Shown piece by piece: positions 25,199-40,423 of a stretch of DNA of 64,000 nt. The translations under genes were made by a program, and so were the position numbers. Within the stretch, counting starts at the first letter, position 1. Each line of letters starts with the position of its first letter. Source of the DNA: the human T2T-CHM13v2.0 reference genome, Homo sapiens; NCBI RefSeq assembly GCF_009914755.1, contig NC_060935.1. The stretch is one strand, 5' to 3'. Below the pieces are notes generated by a model. It saw only the letters and a program-made list of their open reading frames with translations, searched no databases and was not told where the DNA came from.

Positions 25199-25801
25199 GG
25201 GGATGGTGGCCGCCCACCCGCCCGAGGGATGGTGCCCCTAGGGTCCCTCGCGCCCAAAAGATTGAACTTAAATGCCCCCCTCCCAACAGCGCTTTAAAAG
25301 CGACCTCTCTTGAGGTAGGAGAGGCGGGAGAACTGAAGTTTCCGCCCCCGCCCCACAGGGCAAGGACACAGCGCGGTTTTTTCCACGCAGCACCCTTCTC
25401 GGAGACCCATTGCGATGGCCGCTCCGTGTTCCTCGGTGGGCCAGAGCTGAACCTTGAGGGGCTAGGTTCAGCTTTCTCGCGCCCTCCCCCATGGGGGTGA
25501 GACCCTCGCAGACCTAAGCCCTGCCCCGGGATGCACCGGTTATTTGGGGGGGCGTGAGACCCAGTGCACTCCGGTCCCAAATGTAGCAGGTGTAACCGTA
25601 ACCCACCCCCAACCCGTTTCCCGGTTCAGGACCACTTTTTGTAATACTTTTGTAATCTATTCCTGTAAATAAGAGTTGCTTTGCCAGAGCAGGAGCCCCT
25701 GGGGCTGTATTTATCTCTGAGGCATGGTGTGTGGTGCTACAGGGAATTTGTACGTTTATACCGCAGGCGGGCGAGCCGCGGGCGCTCGCTCAGGTGATCA
25801 A

Positions 25802-25807
25802 AATAAA
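25802..25807 (+). terminator. MYOD1: MYOD1 polyadenylation signal AATAAA
   Basis: Canonical hexamer ~600 nt after the stop codon, downstream of AU-rich 3'UTR blocks. Confidence 0.85.
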
Positions 25808-26697
25808 GGCGCTAATTTATACCGCCGTGGCTCCGGCTTTCCCTGGACATGGGTGTGGGATCCGGAGGAAAATCCGCAAACTGGGCCAGCTGTCCCTCAG
25901 CGACGCCTGTAGGCGGCAGGCGGATTGCAAGGAGGAAGCCTGCTGCCTGGGGAAGGAAGGAGGGGTGCAAATTTCTCCAGTACGTGAGGAAGTTCCTCTG
26001 ACCTTGACTACATTACTACACACGTCCGTGGCTCTTATGGAAGGGTACACAGGTTGATATGAGTATTTTTTAAACCCATGTCTGAGCTCGCTCCCTAGAT
26101 ATTCTGATTTAATGTTTCTGCCCCATATACCCAGGGCCAGGTATTGGTATTTTTTTTCAAAAGCTCCCCAAGTGATTCTGAAGTTCATTCAAGGCTGAGA
26201 ATCATCCCCTCCATATAAAGTGAGTGAACCCAGGTGTGATAACCAGAAGAACCACGGGAAGGTTGTGGCCCAGGCATCACTTGGGGGCCTCGTTGGGTAT
26301 AGAGGATGTGATAGGGTGCCCACAGCATTCCGAGGAAGATCTAAATGAGTGTAGACATGTGCTGTAAGCTCTCTGGCACTTACAGCCCATTAGTAATAGG
26401 TGTAACTGCAAAGAGATAGCATAGAAGGCCAGACAGGCACAGACACCTCTACCCAGCACCTAGAGCATCCCGACACTATCAGATTCCATAAGACAACAGG
26501 AGCCCGGATCCTGTGAGCAGAGCGGCATGTGGGCCAGCATCATCACAGATGGCATAGGTACTCTTCATCAGGCTATAAACTCTCTGAGAGCAGAGGAGGG
26601 GGCATTTATTTAGCCTGAGTGTTGGGGAGGGCTTCCCGGAAGAGTTGTCATTTGAGCTCTGTCTTAAGAAACAAGAGTAGACAATGTACTCACAATG

Positions 26698-26728
26698 CAC
26701 ACACACACACACGCACACACACACACAC
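26698..26728. repeat. (CA)n microsatellite, interrupted
   Basis: Direct reading of the sequence. Confidence 0.9.
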
Positions 26729-28652
26729 AGGTACCTGTGCCCTCCCCTGAGTCCAAGGCCCCTGAGGGATGGTCTGGCAAGGGTTCTTCCCCACTCACTT
26801 ACCACCTCCCCACCCCCAACACACGCGTGCCATGAGGACCTCAGGACCTCCTACATCCCACCCCATATATGTTGTTCCTGAAAACCCTACAGGCCCACTT
26901 TCAAGGGTTTTGTTTGCCAAGTAGGGGGCCCTCAGGAATGCAGGCAAGATGTGATGCCAGAAGGAATATCCGAATATCCTCATTACCTGTCTGAGGATCC
27001 ATTCTCTGCTCTCCCCAACACAGGGTGCCTAGGAAGCTGCCCAGAGCTGTTGTGTTACGAATGATCCTCCACTTGTCTTCTGGCCACTTCCCCACATGTC
27101 CCTTGGGATTCTTTATACCCTTGAGACCCCCTGGGGTCCATTCATGAATTCATTGATTCCACAGATGCCAGGTCTTATGCTGGGTGAAAACAGAGACTGT
27201 TGGATGCAGTTCCCGCCCTTGGGAAGCACACAAACATTTGAGTAGGATGGAACCTTTTAGCAGCTGGTTACATCCTGTTGAATTAAGTACTGTACTGGAG
27301 GTGCATGTAGCAGGGGAACGCCATAGAAGCAAAGGGGAAGGTTCCCTAACTATTCTGGGGGAGATATAGACAAACAGGTAAACTTTAATGAGAATCTTGA
27401 AGGAGTTGGTCAGGAAAGAGGGGCCAAAGAAAGGGGCTACAAGCTGAGGAAACAGCAGGTGCAAAGATCCAGGGGTGAGAGAAAGAAAACTGCCTTTGTG
27501 GAACTGCAGGTGCCCATGGGGAGGGGCCAGAGGAAGATGGAATGGCAGAGGCAGGACCACAATGGACCTCATCTGGACTTTATCTCGAGGGCAGTAGGGA
27601 GCCACACAGGAATTTAAACAGGGGAAGGATACAAATAATTCTGTATTTTAGAAAGGCCAGTTTGGGCTAGCAGAATAGGTAGGAGAGAACAAGACTTGAG
27701 ACAGGGAGATCTTTCAGGAAGCCACTGGGGTTGCTTAGAGGAGGTATGACATATCCTGAATTGGCTTGGGCCAAATAATGTGTCAGTGTTGAGGGTACAG
27801 CAGAGAACATTGAAGGCACAGTCTCCACCTTCCTACAGCTTAAAATCCACTGGGGAAGTAACCGTGAGATGAAGAACCAAGTGAATAAATACAATGTTAT
27901 AAACGATGAGAAACACCGTAAGGAAAGGCAACAGGTGTAAGCAGAGGTGGTAATGCGGAGTGAGAAGGCAAGCAGGTCGACAGAGGAGGCAGAAGTTCTG
28001 CACCAAGGGAAGCAATTCTATACATGAAGAGGGTCCCAGTATCCTAGAGGGGGTCTGTGTGTAATTAGAAAAAAGTACCCCTTCTCTCCTGGGGCATTGC
28101 CCTGCACCAGGGATCATGACTAGGCAGGCAGAGAGCAGGCTGGACTTCAGCCCCCACTCACCTCCTCAGCTGGGTGCACTTCTGTAGTGACAACCTGCAT
28201 AACTTCACAGTGCCTTGTGCGTGTAGGCCCTAGAAAGTGTAGAGAAGGGAGGAGCCTTGGATGACTCCAGGCTCTGGTTTGCTTCTGACTTGAGGCCGTG
28301 ATTTGCTTCTGAGTAAGTGGTGGTGCCATTACACAGATAGGGACCTCAGGAGGAGAAGCAGGTATGGTGACACATCTAGTGTAGAATACTTCGTGACAGA
28401 AACCTTATTCAAACTAGCCTAAACCCCACAAGAGGGTGTGTTGGAAGTTCACGGGGCAGCTCATATCTGGAAGTAGAGCTATAAGCACCACGGCATCTAT
28501 GCACCTTGGGAGCTAGAGCTCCTCTCACACTTCTAGGCTGTCCACTTCATGTCTCTGCTTGGCTTCACTCTCTCCTAGTCCATATTGGTTTTCTCCAGAA
28601 ACTCATGGGTTACCATGGATCTTACCATTAAACCCAGTTAGAAAATTCCCAG

Positions 28653-28970
<318 letters not shown>

Positions 28971-31301
28971 CTAGTTAGATCAGCATAGGTCATGAGCCAG
29001 GATCTGAACCCAGGCAGAGGGCTCCAGAGACTGCACTCTTGGCTGCCTTGCTCTGTGTCTTCTGCAGAGGATGTCAGAAGAGAGGAAGTGAGAAAAGTCA
29101 AGAGGGAAGGGAACAGCTGGAGACTGGATCACACCATCGAGGATAGGGTTTGAGGTCCCCTCCTAGCCTGTCCCTTACCTCAGTCCCCTCAAGGGGGGAC
29201 AACTGGCTGAGCCTGACTTCACTTGCAGTGTAGATGGAACATCCTTTGCTCATGGGGCCATTTTACCTGCATTGGATCTGAGGAAGCACCAGGGCCATGC
29301 TCTCCACAGAGACATATGTATATGTCTTTACACATATGTGCTCATACAAAAGCACATGTGTACCCAGAGCACACCATCAGAGGCTGATAGACTGTGAAGA
29401 CAATAAAGTTTAAGCTTCAGTTCCCCTCTCTCGTATGAGCCCCTTCTAAGGTCCTGGGGGAAACCCTAGAAATATGTCTATATGGTCTAGCTACTTTTTT
29501 AATTTGCCAAAGTAAATCACTTTTAACAATTGGTTATGACCATTGTCTCTTTCTGTTCTGACCCTTGTATTGGGTAGCACTCATGGGGATGTTTGGATCA
29601 GTCCTATCTAAAGGTATAAATTTCATTTGGGTTTAGTGGAATATATTTTAAATAAATGAAATATAAAACATAAGCAATAATGATGAACAATGATATAAAT
29701 TTAAATGATTCTGACATTGAGAAGATAATTAGAACCACAAAATTTATCTAGATCATGCCAAAAAGTGGTTTATTAAAAGAAGAAGAAAATTTTCTAATAG
29801 ATTTATGGAAAAGACTCTTGCATGGTTTAATAATCCCACCAGTGAATAATGGCAAATTACATGAACACATTGGGAAAAGATTTAAATTTTTTGCTGATCT
29901 GTTACAAACTACTGGCATCCACAAAGATAGCATAAAATTCATAATATGCCACTATAACAAGACCTCAACATCATCAACACAATTATTAAAGAAACTTGTC
30001 AATTAAAAAATATTTAAAATTAGTCACCACACAAGAAAACTCAAAATGCCTTGAGTTTTTACAGCCCACAGATGAAAGAAACTTGATTGAGGTTTCCTCA
30101 AATTTGACATCAATTCTAAAAATGTACATGACATTTCCAATAGACTTGTGAGCCTGAAATTTCCTTAAATTATCAATGGTACAAAACAAGTTTTGATCAA
30201 CCATGTTGAAGGAAAGACTGAATAATCTCTCTATTCTCTGTATAGAAAATGATATTATAAAACCATTGTCACATGAAGAAGCAATCAAAGAATGTGCAGC
30301 CGGATGCGGGTGGAAAGAGGTAGGCAAGACTGAAAAAGACAAGAAAAAGGAGCAAGAGGTGGAAGGTAGATAGAATGAGGAGACGAGGAGGAAGATAAAG
30401 GCAAAGATGATGATGTGATAATGATGAAAAAACAAGTTGGTCCTACCTTCGTTTTTTTTTTTCTCTCATAAGGCATTTGAAACACTCGCACTGCACACAA
30501 GTCACTCCTATTTAAAAACATTCGATGAGAGGCTGTGCAATATTTGTTTTTATATTGCACAGGGTCATTTTTGTGTAGTTGGTAACTTATTTTTTTCAGA
30601 GAACACGTGACAGTGGGTTTTAATTCATGTAGAACTTTCCCAGTAGCAGGGGGAAGTGAGTCCTATGGTATGCCAATGGCTACATAATTCCCTGGGATCT
30701 AGGCCTGGCTGTGTCATTGACCAGCTCTAAGATCTTGGGAATGGGACTTAACCCACCTGGACTTTGGCATTTACTCTGTGGAATAAATTAGTAAATTTAA
30801 AAAGTATGTCTCAGTTTTGAAATTATTTCATAATTTGCTTAAAGCATTTCAAAGAAAGAAGAGATTATGAAGCAGATCTCTTACAGATAAGGAAACCGGG
30901 ACCACAACAAACTGAGAAGCTTATTCTCAGCACAGGCAACTCAATTATAGACTCCTGGTTAACTGGTCCTTCTTTCTTTTACTTTTCCCAATTTTTAAAT
31001 TAAGATATAACTCACAACCATAAAATTCACCTTTTTAAAATGCATAGTTCAGTGGTTTGTACTATATGCACAAGGCTATGCAACCATCACGACTGTCTAA
31101 TCTCAAAACATGTTCATCACCCCCAAAAGAAACCCATAGGCATTAGCTGTCACTCTTCACTATCCCCTTCCTCCTGCTTGCCCCTGGAAACCACTAACCT
31201 ACTTTCTGACTCTATGGATTTGCGTATTTGGGAAATTTCATATGAAAGGAATCATGTATAAAATTCATAATATGCCACTGTAACTAGACCTCAACAATTA
31301 A

Positions 31302-31633
<332 letters not shown>

Positions 31634-32173
31634 TTCATCTATCTTACAGCGTGTAGCATACTTCATTCCTTTTTATGCTGAATAATAGTGTATTATACGG
31701 ATATATCACACTTTTTTAATTCATTCATCTGTTGGTCACGTGGGTTATTTCTACTTCTTAGCTATTAGGAATAATGCTGCTGTGAACATTCAAGTACAAG
31801 TGTCTGTGTAAATGTGTGCTTTCAATTTTCTTGGGTATGTATCTAAAAGCAGAATTGCTAGCTATATCACAGCTCTATGTTTAAAGTTTTGAGGAACTGT
31901 CAAACTTTTCCCCAAAGCAGCTGCACCATTTTATATTCCCATCAGCAACATATAGGGGTTCCAATGTCTCCACATCCTTGACAACATTCTGTTGTTTGTC
32001 TTTTTTGTTAGAAGTAGCCTAGTGGGTGTGAAGTGGGTTTTGAGTTGCATTTCTCTAATCACATGTTGAGCATGTTTTCATGTGCGTATTGAGTATTTGT
32101 ATGTTTTCTTTGGAGAAATGTCCATTCAAATTCTTTGCCCATTTTAAAATTAGGTTGTCTTTTTGTTGTTGAG

Positions 32174-32550
32174 TGGTATGGTTTGGCTCTGTGTCCCCAC
32201 CCAGATCTCACCTAGAATTGTAATCCCCATAATCCCCATGTGTCAAGGGCAGGACCAGGTGGAGGCAGTTGGATCACTGGGAGTGGTTTCCCCCATGCTC
32301 TTCTCATGATAGTGAGTTCTCAATGAGATCTGATGGTTTTATAAGTGTCTGATGTTTCCCCTGCTTCCATTCACTACATCCTGCCACCCTGTGAAGAAGG
32401 TGCCTGCTTCTCCTTTGCCTTCTGCCATGATTGTAAGTTTCCTGAGGCCTCCTCAGCAATGTGGAACAGTGAGTCAATTAAACCTCTTTCCTTTATAAAT
32501 TACCCAGTCTTGGGTATTTCTTCATAGCAGTGTGAGAATGGACTAATACA
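32174..32550 (+). mobile_element. Solo THE1 (THE1D-like) MaLR LTR
   Basis: TGGTATGGTTTGGCTCTGTGTCCCCACCC...GAGAATGGACTAATACA; perfect 5-bp TSD TTGAG at 32169-32173 and 32551-32555. Confidence 0.92.
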
Positions 32551-34308
32551 TTGAGTTATGAGAGTTCTTTATCTAATCTAGATATCAGACTCTTATCAGA
32601 TATAGGATTTGCAATTATATCTCCCATTCTGCGAATTCTTTTCACTTCCTTTGAAGCACAAATGTCTATTTTATTTTGATGAGATCCAAGATCCAAGTTA
32701 TCTACCTGTTCCTTTTTTTTTTTTTGCTTATGGTTTTGACATCACATCTAAGAAACGATTACTTACTTCAAGTTCTTCTAAGAGTTATATGACTTTGGCC
32801 CTAACATTTAGGAATTTGGTCCATTTAAAATTTTTAATATGGTGTAAGTATGGGATCCAAATTCATTCTTTTGCGTATGAATATATAGTTGTTTCAGCAT
32901 CATTTATTGAAATGACGATTCTTTCTCCATTGAATTGTCTTGGCACTCTTGTCAAAAATTAATTGACCATAAATATATGAGTTTATTTCTGTACTCTCAA
33001 TTCTATTCCATTGATCTATCTATCTATCCTTATGCCAATACCACACAGTCTTGATTATTGTAGTGTGGTAGTTAGTTTTGAAATTGGGAAGCGTGAGTCC
33101 TCCAGCTTTACTCTCCTTCTTCAATATTGTTGTGAGTTTTCTGGGTCCCTTGCATTTCATAATGTATCTTTAAGTAGTCCTGTCCAGGAGGTGTTTTCAG
33201 TAGCTACTAACTGTGCCTGGTACTACCCGGGACCTATAAATTGGCATAGAAATGTAAAGCAGGGTCTTGTTAGTACACAGAAAAAAATAGTTATATTGGA
33301 GGGAAGGTGATGATTTTTTAATTTCCAGTCATCTTCGATGTAGCTTATGTAAAATAAATGTATTAACTAAATATTATTCTGTAATTGCAAAAAAAGTTGC
33401 ATCTGTTTTTGTTGGCATACTGAATGCTTCCAAATAAATGTAACTTATTTTAAATCATTATATAGGTGTGCCGTGCAGTTAATAAAAATATGAAGCTTTT
33501 TTCTGTATTTTTAAATATTTGTAGTATATGTCAGCTTCTTAAAATTTATATTTGGTCTTGAGTCCTTTTCTAAGTCTAAATAAATATTCACTTTTGTATC
33601 CAACTTTGTATTCTTTTTTGCTTTCTTTTTTTAAAAGAGTGACCCCCAAAACTTCCAGGCTTCAGGCCCTACACACCCTGGACCCACCTCTGCATACTGA
33701 CCATGCTCACCTGCAGGCTGACACATCCACAGGTGTACATACAAGAGAACTTGCCAGGCTCTCCCTATCAGAGGAGCCGCAGAGGGAAGACCTTTAGGGT
33801 AGCCACGAGTCTCCAGCTGCTTCTGGGAGGAGAACTCAGTGTCCTCTGCACAGTCCTGCTGTGAACATGCTTGCAGGAGGGCCTGTACCCACCCAGCCTC
33901 CTTACATATATGCACACCTGACCATGTTCACCACAGCCATCATCTCATCTCACACTTCCGCACCTCCCTCCCACAGCCTGCAGGGAGAGGCATCCAGGCC
34001 CAGGGAGGGCTAATGCTCTGTCCCCAGGGCCACACTGACACCCTAAGGGACATTGCTGAAGGATGGTAGGAGTCCATGAGGGGGAGGGGGTGTAAGGGCT
34101 GGTCACAGAGGGATGAGAAGTGGGCTAGGGAGCCCGAGGGAAGGGAGAAAAGGGAAGAAGAGGAAATGAGGTACCATGTCATTTAATCCTTACCAGACAT
34201 TGGTCCCTTTATGGATAATGAGGAAATAGAAGCCTAGAGAGGGAATGGGACTAGTTGACGCAGCTAGTGAATAGCAAAAATGGGATTTGTAACCAAGTCT
34301 GTCTACAT

Positions 34309-34531
34309 CAGTGGTTCTCTCAACCGGAAGAAATTTTACCTCCCAGGGTACATTTGGCAGTGTCTGTAGACCTTTTTGGTGATCACTGCTAGGGAAGAGG
34401 CTTCTACCGACACCTAGTGGACAGAGGCCTGCTAAATATCCTGCAATGCACAGTACAGCACCCGGCCCCAACCCTGGCAAAGGATTACATCTGAGCCAAG
34501 ATGTCAACAGTGCAGAAGTTGAGAAACCCTG
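34309..34531. mobile_element. MER20 (hAT-Charlie MITE)
   Basis: CAGTGGTTCTC...GAGAAACCCTG termini; imperfect 8-bp TSD GTCTACAT/GTCTAGAC. Confidence 0.85.
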
Positions 34532-36569
34532 GTCTAGACACCTTCCAAGAGTATTCTTCACCTTGGCCCCTTTCTGGACTTCCCATGGCCTAAGCCATGT
34601 TGGTGCCCCTGCCCCAGAGTTTCCAAGAAGGAACAGCTAGCTGTATACCTCGCTGCAGCTCAGCCCAGGTTACCAGGGTCACTGCTCAACCTACAGATCT
34701 GTGGCCAAGGTCGCCAATTTCCCACTACGGCATCTCTGGATTCAATCTTCCCTGACCATTGGAGGCAGGCGGTATGGTCTAGGGAGGGGATGTCTGCCAC
34801 CCCCACGGCTTACCATCAGAGCAGGGTTACTATCCTCAAAGCCTTCTCGGTCAATACCCAGCTTAGGTTAGTTCCCAGCCATGGCCACAAGATGGCACCC
34901 CAGCCCACCAGGAGGGCTGAGGCTCTGGGCCTGGGAGAGCAGCATGGAGGATGTGCCAACCTGGACAAAAGCCTAGGGGCTGGACTTGGGCCAGTTCCAG
35001 AGCTTAGCAGGACCAGATCTAAGGCCTGCAAGTGCCAGGTGGGAAAACATAGGCCAAACTTGGCTTCAGAACTCCCTTCACCTTTTTTTTAGTCCACTCC
35101 CAACACCAGCTTATATTCTAGCCTTTCCTACATGAAGCTTACTGAAGCCCAGCAATCCCTCCTTGGGCCTAAACAAGAGAAATTCTAGAACTTAGATGTT
35201 AAGGATACAGGAGTTATTATTATTATTTCAATACAACAGTAAAAGCAAAAAACGAGGCACAGAGAAGTTGAGTAACTTGCCCAAGGTCACAGCTAGTCAG
35301 TACTGGAGCTGGGATTTGAATCCAGGCAGTCTGGTTTTAAAGTCTGTGCTCTTAGCCACTGAACATACCACACCACAACTGCTCCCACCCCCACCAGCCC
35401 CAGCTACCAAAGACCCTCTGGCACCAGACCACAAGCTTTCTTCTGCAAGGGAGGGGCAAATGGCTGCGAATAGGAGGTGCTGCTCCAAAGTGGAAAAGGA
35501 GTGAGGTTTTCAGTCTAGCTGGGGGTCTGTCGTTAGTGTTTGCGAGTGAGAAGCTAGGGAATGGTTAGTCATTCTTCCTCCTATTTCCCCCCAAAACCCT
35601 CTGTTTCTCTGTTTTCTGGTTTTTGGTTTTTGTTGATTTCTTCTGTGTTGCCCTCTTGGTTTTCCTAGGCTGTTTGCAAATGCTAGCATTCTCGCAGTGT
35701 GAAGGGGAAGTGAGAGAAGAAAGTTTGATGTCCTGTTCAGGATCCACAAGGGAGGCCATTCTTTGGGGCCTGGGCTGGGGGTGTGTCATCAGGGATCAAA
35801 GTGAGAATCCTAAAGTGGAACAGTGTGGGGCACATTGGGAACAGCTACCCTCTCCTGCTGGGGAGGCTCCTGTGTCTGAGTTTTCTCTGCTTACCTCTTG
35901 GGGGATTTTAGGGTGTAATGGGCTTTAGGGTGCAATGAATACCCTTTCACATTCCTTCTGCCTCCAACCCTGGCCTACCTCCCTCTTTCTAACACATCGT
36001 CCAGAGCCCCTAATCACCCAACCTTCTGCCTACCAGGAGCCCCTTGTTTCTCTCTGTCTCTCTGTGCCCCCTCCCCAACTGCCTGGGTCACACTGCAGCC
36101 CCCTATTAGGACTCGCCATGGCGTAGTGATGGGGCCCTGCACTGATTCCCTAAAAAACCCTGGGTAAGTCCCTCCTCCTGACTTGGTCTCCATTAGGTGT
36201 TCCAGACTCCCACAGTCTCTGCCACTTGGGTTCTAGGATCCCAGCCTCTCTCCTAGCCTTTCTCAAATCATCTGGACCTTAGTGAGGATCTACTGTATTC
36301 TGGGCACTCTGGAGGGAAGCAAACAAGAAGCCCTGGAGGAGCTGATGGTCCTTTTATGGAGATCAGATGAGCTATGGAGAAGATCAGGAGCCATACTCTG
36401 ATCCCGTGTGGTTCTGCAGGTGAAGAGAGAGGTGAAGTCCTGGAACCCTATGGCTAGTAGAATCCCAGAAGATTCTTGGGTGAGAAGAGGGGCTGGACAT
36501 CTGGCTAGAAAGAAAGGAAGGTTTGGAGAGGCTGCTTTCTTGTCTCTCCCCATCTTGATTTCTCCCAGC

Positions 36570-36570
<1 letters not shown>

Positions 36571-36618
<48 letters not shown>
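36571..36618. repeat. (GT)7(GC)3(GT)14 compound microsatellite
   Basis: Direct reading of the sequence. Confidence 0.95.
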
Positions 36619-36624
<6 letters not shown>

Positions 36625-37945
36625 CTGCCTCTGTGTCCACCTTTTTCTCTTCCTTCTGGATTCTCCATTTCTATTTCATCTTCTACCAATGTTGGGACAG
36701 AATTTCCTGAGAACCCATGTCCTGGGGATCTGAATATGGGCCAGGATGGGCCACACCAGGCCAGGCCACACCAGGCCAGGCTTCCTTGTGGTTAGGAGAT
36801 GGGGACTCACACTGGTCAGGGTGAAAGGGACACTCAAAATCACTCTCATCCCTGCATTACTCTGAGATTGAAGGGGAAACAGCTCCTATTTAGAGGAATC
36901 ACACAGATCAATATCTGGAGGGAGGAGGTGCCATGCAGGCCCCAAAATCCAACCCTCTCTTTGTCTCTGCCCAACTCTGCCCATTTCTGACTTAATTTAG
37001 CCTCTCTGTCTCTCCCCTTGTCCTATTCCCATCTGCCAATCCTTGCCCTGCCCCTCTCCACCCCTTCAAGCCTTTTACCCACCACACACAGATTTTCCTG
37101 TGGCTAGATTGGGATTCCCCTGGCCAAGTAAGGAGAGCGATGTCTGTGGCACAGCTTTGTCCCCAGGCTCACAACGGCATCTGTGGGTCAGGGTAGAGGG
37201 ACAGCTGTCTGCACAGTTAGAAAGTGCCAGCAGTAATAAAAGCCTCATATCTTCTTAATTAAATCGCCCTTTGCCCAGGCATCCTGTGTTCGATTGGGTT
37301 GAGCTGGGATCAATAAGCCTCTTTCCCAGCCCAGCCACCCCTGGAGACGGGCCTGACCTCCCCAGTCCTGCCTAGGCCCACCTGGCCACCTCCCCAGAAG
37401 GCTGGGAGCTTCTCAAGGCCAGAGGCTGGGTCAGATTCATCTCTTGTGTCCTTGTGCCTGGGACGGATCCTGAAACAAGTAAGGAGTAAAGGAGTGATTG
37501 CTTTACTGAGTAAACCAAGGCACTAGCAGCAGGCATGGGCCAGGAAGGCTTTGAGGTTCAAACTGGAACTCCCACCCCCAGGACCAACTGTGAAGATGGA
37601 GGAATCACAGCAAGCAGCAGCTCCCACCCAGCTCCCAGACATAACACCAGCTCATCACCCAGGGCAGTTGAAGCCCTAGGAAGTGCGGGGTGGGGGTGTC
37701 AGTGCTCAGGGAAACTACGAGCAGTTGCTGCTTCTGACCTCTGAGGGCAGAAGGTCCTTTTCATAAGGGGTCTCCACCTAGGGATCCAGGGTTAGTGTGG
37801 GAGAGTCCGTGAGCTTGGATGGATGTGGCACTCATGGGAGACTCCCTCTGTCTGAAGCTATAAAGGGCCCAGGGTCAGTAAGGAGTCCAAAGGGGTTAAT
37901 AGGGGTCCAGGATTGATTGTTAGTGGAGGGCGTAGAGGATAACGT

Positions 37946-37946
<1 letters not shown>

Positions 37947-37994
<48 letters not shown>
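37947..37994. repeat. (GT)24 microsatellite
   Basis: Perfect dinucleotide run. Confidence 0.97.
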
Positions 37995-37995
<1 letters not shown>

Positions 37996-38199
37996 GGGGT
38001 TCATGCAAGACATTACCCATGGAAGGAACATGGGGCCTCCAGGTTCCGCGAGAAGGGTCGGTATTAAAGGATTCCTTGGAGCGGTCAGCACTGGTCCGGG
38101 CCAGGGTGTCTCTGATGACAAAACTCCGGGAGAGCTTTGTCTCACCAGGGATCAGATGGTCCCTGGTTTGGAAGGCAAGGGGAGGGTGCCAACGCCCTT

Positions 38200-40423
<2,224 letters not shown>

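Larger units (their letters stand above)
22500..25950. promoter_or_regulatory. CpG island covering the MYOD1 promoter and gene body
   Basis: Visibly high GC and CpG density across the whole gene compared with CpG-depleted flanks; limits approximate. Confidence 0.85.

Noticed and set aside
23375-25580. Antisense and alternative-frame ORFs across MYOD1
   Set aside because: Expected shadow ORFs of a GC-rich CDS.
26241-26272. Run rich in doubled bases (AACCAGAAGAACCACGGGAAGGTTGTGGCC), resembling a base-calling stutter
   Set aside because: Not clearly beyond chance in 64 kb; needs comparison with other assemblies.
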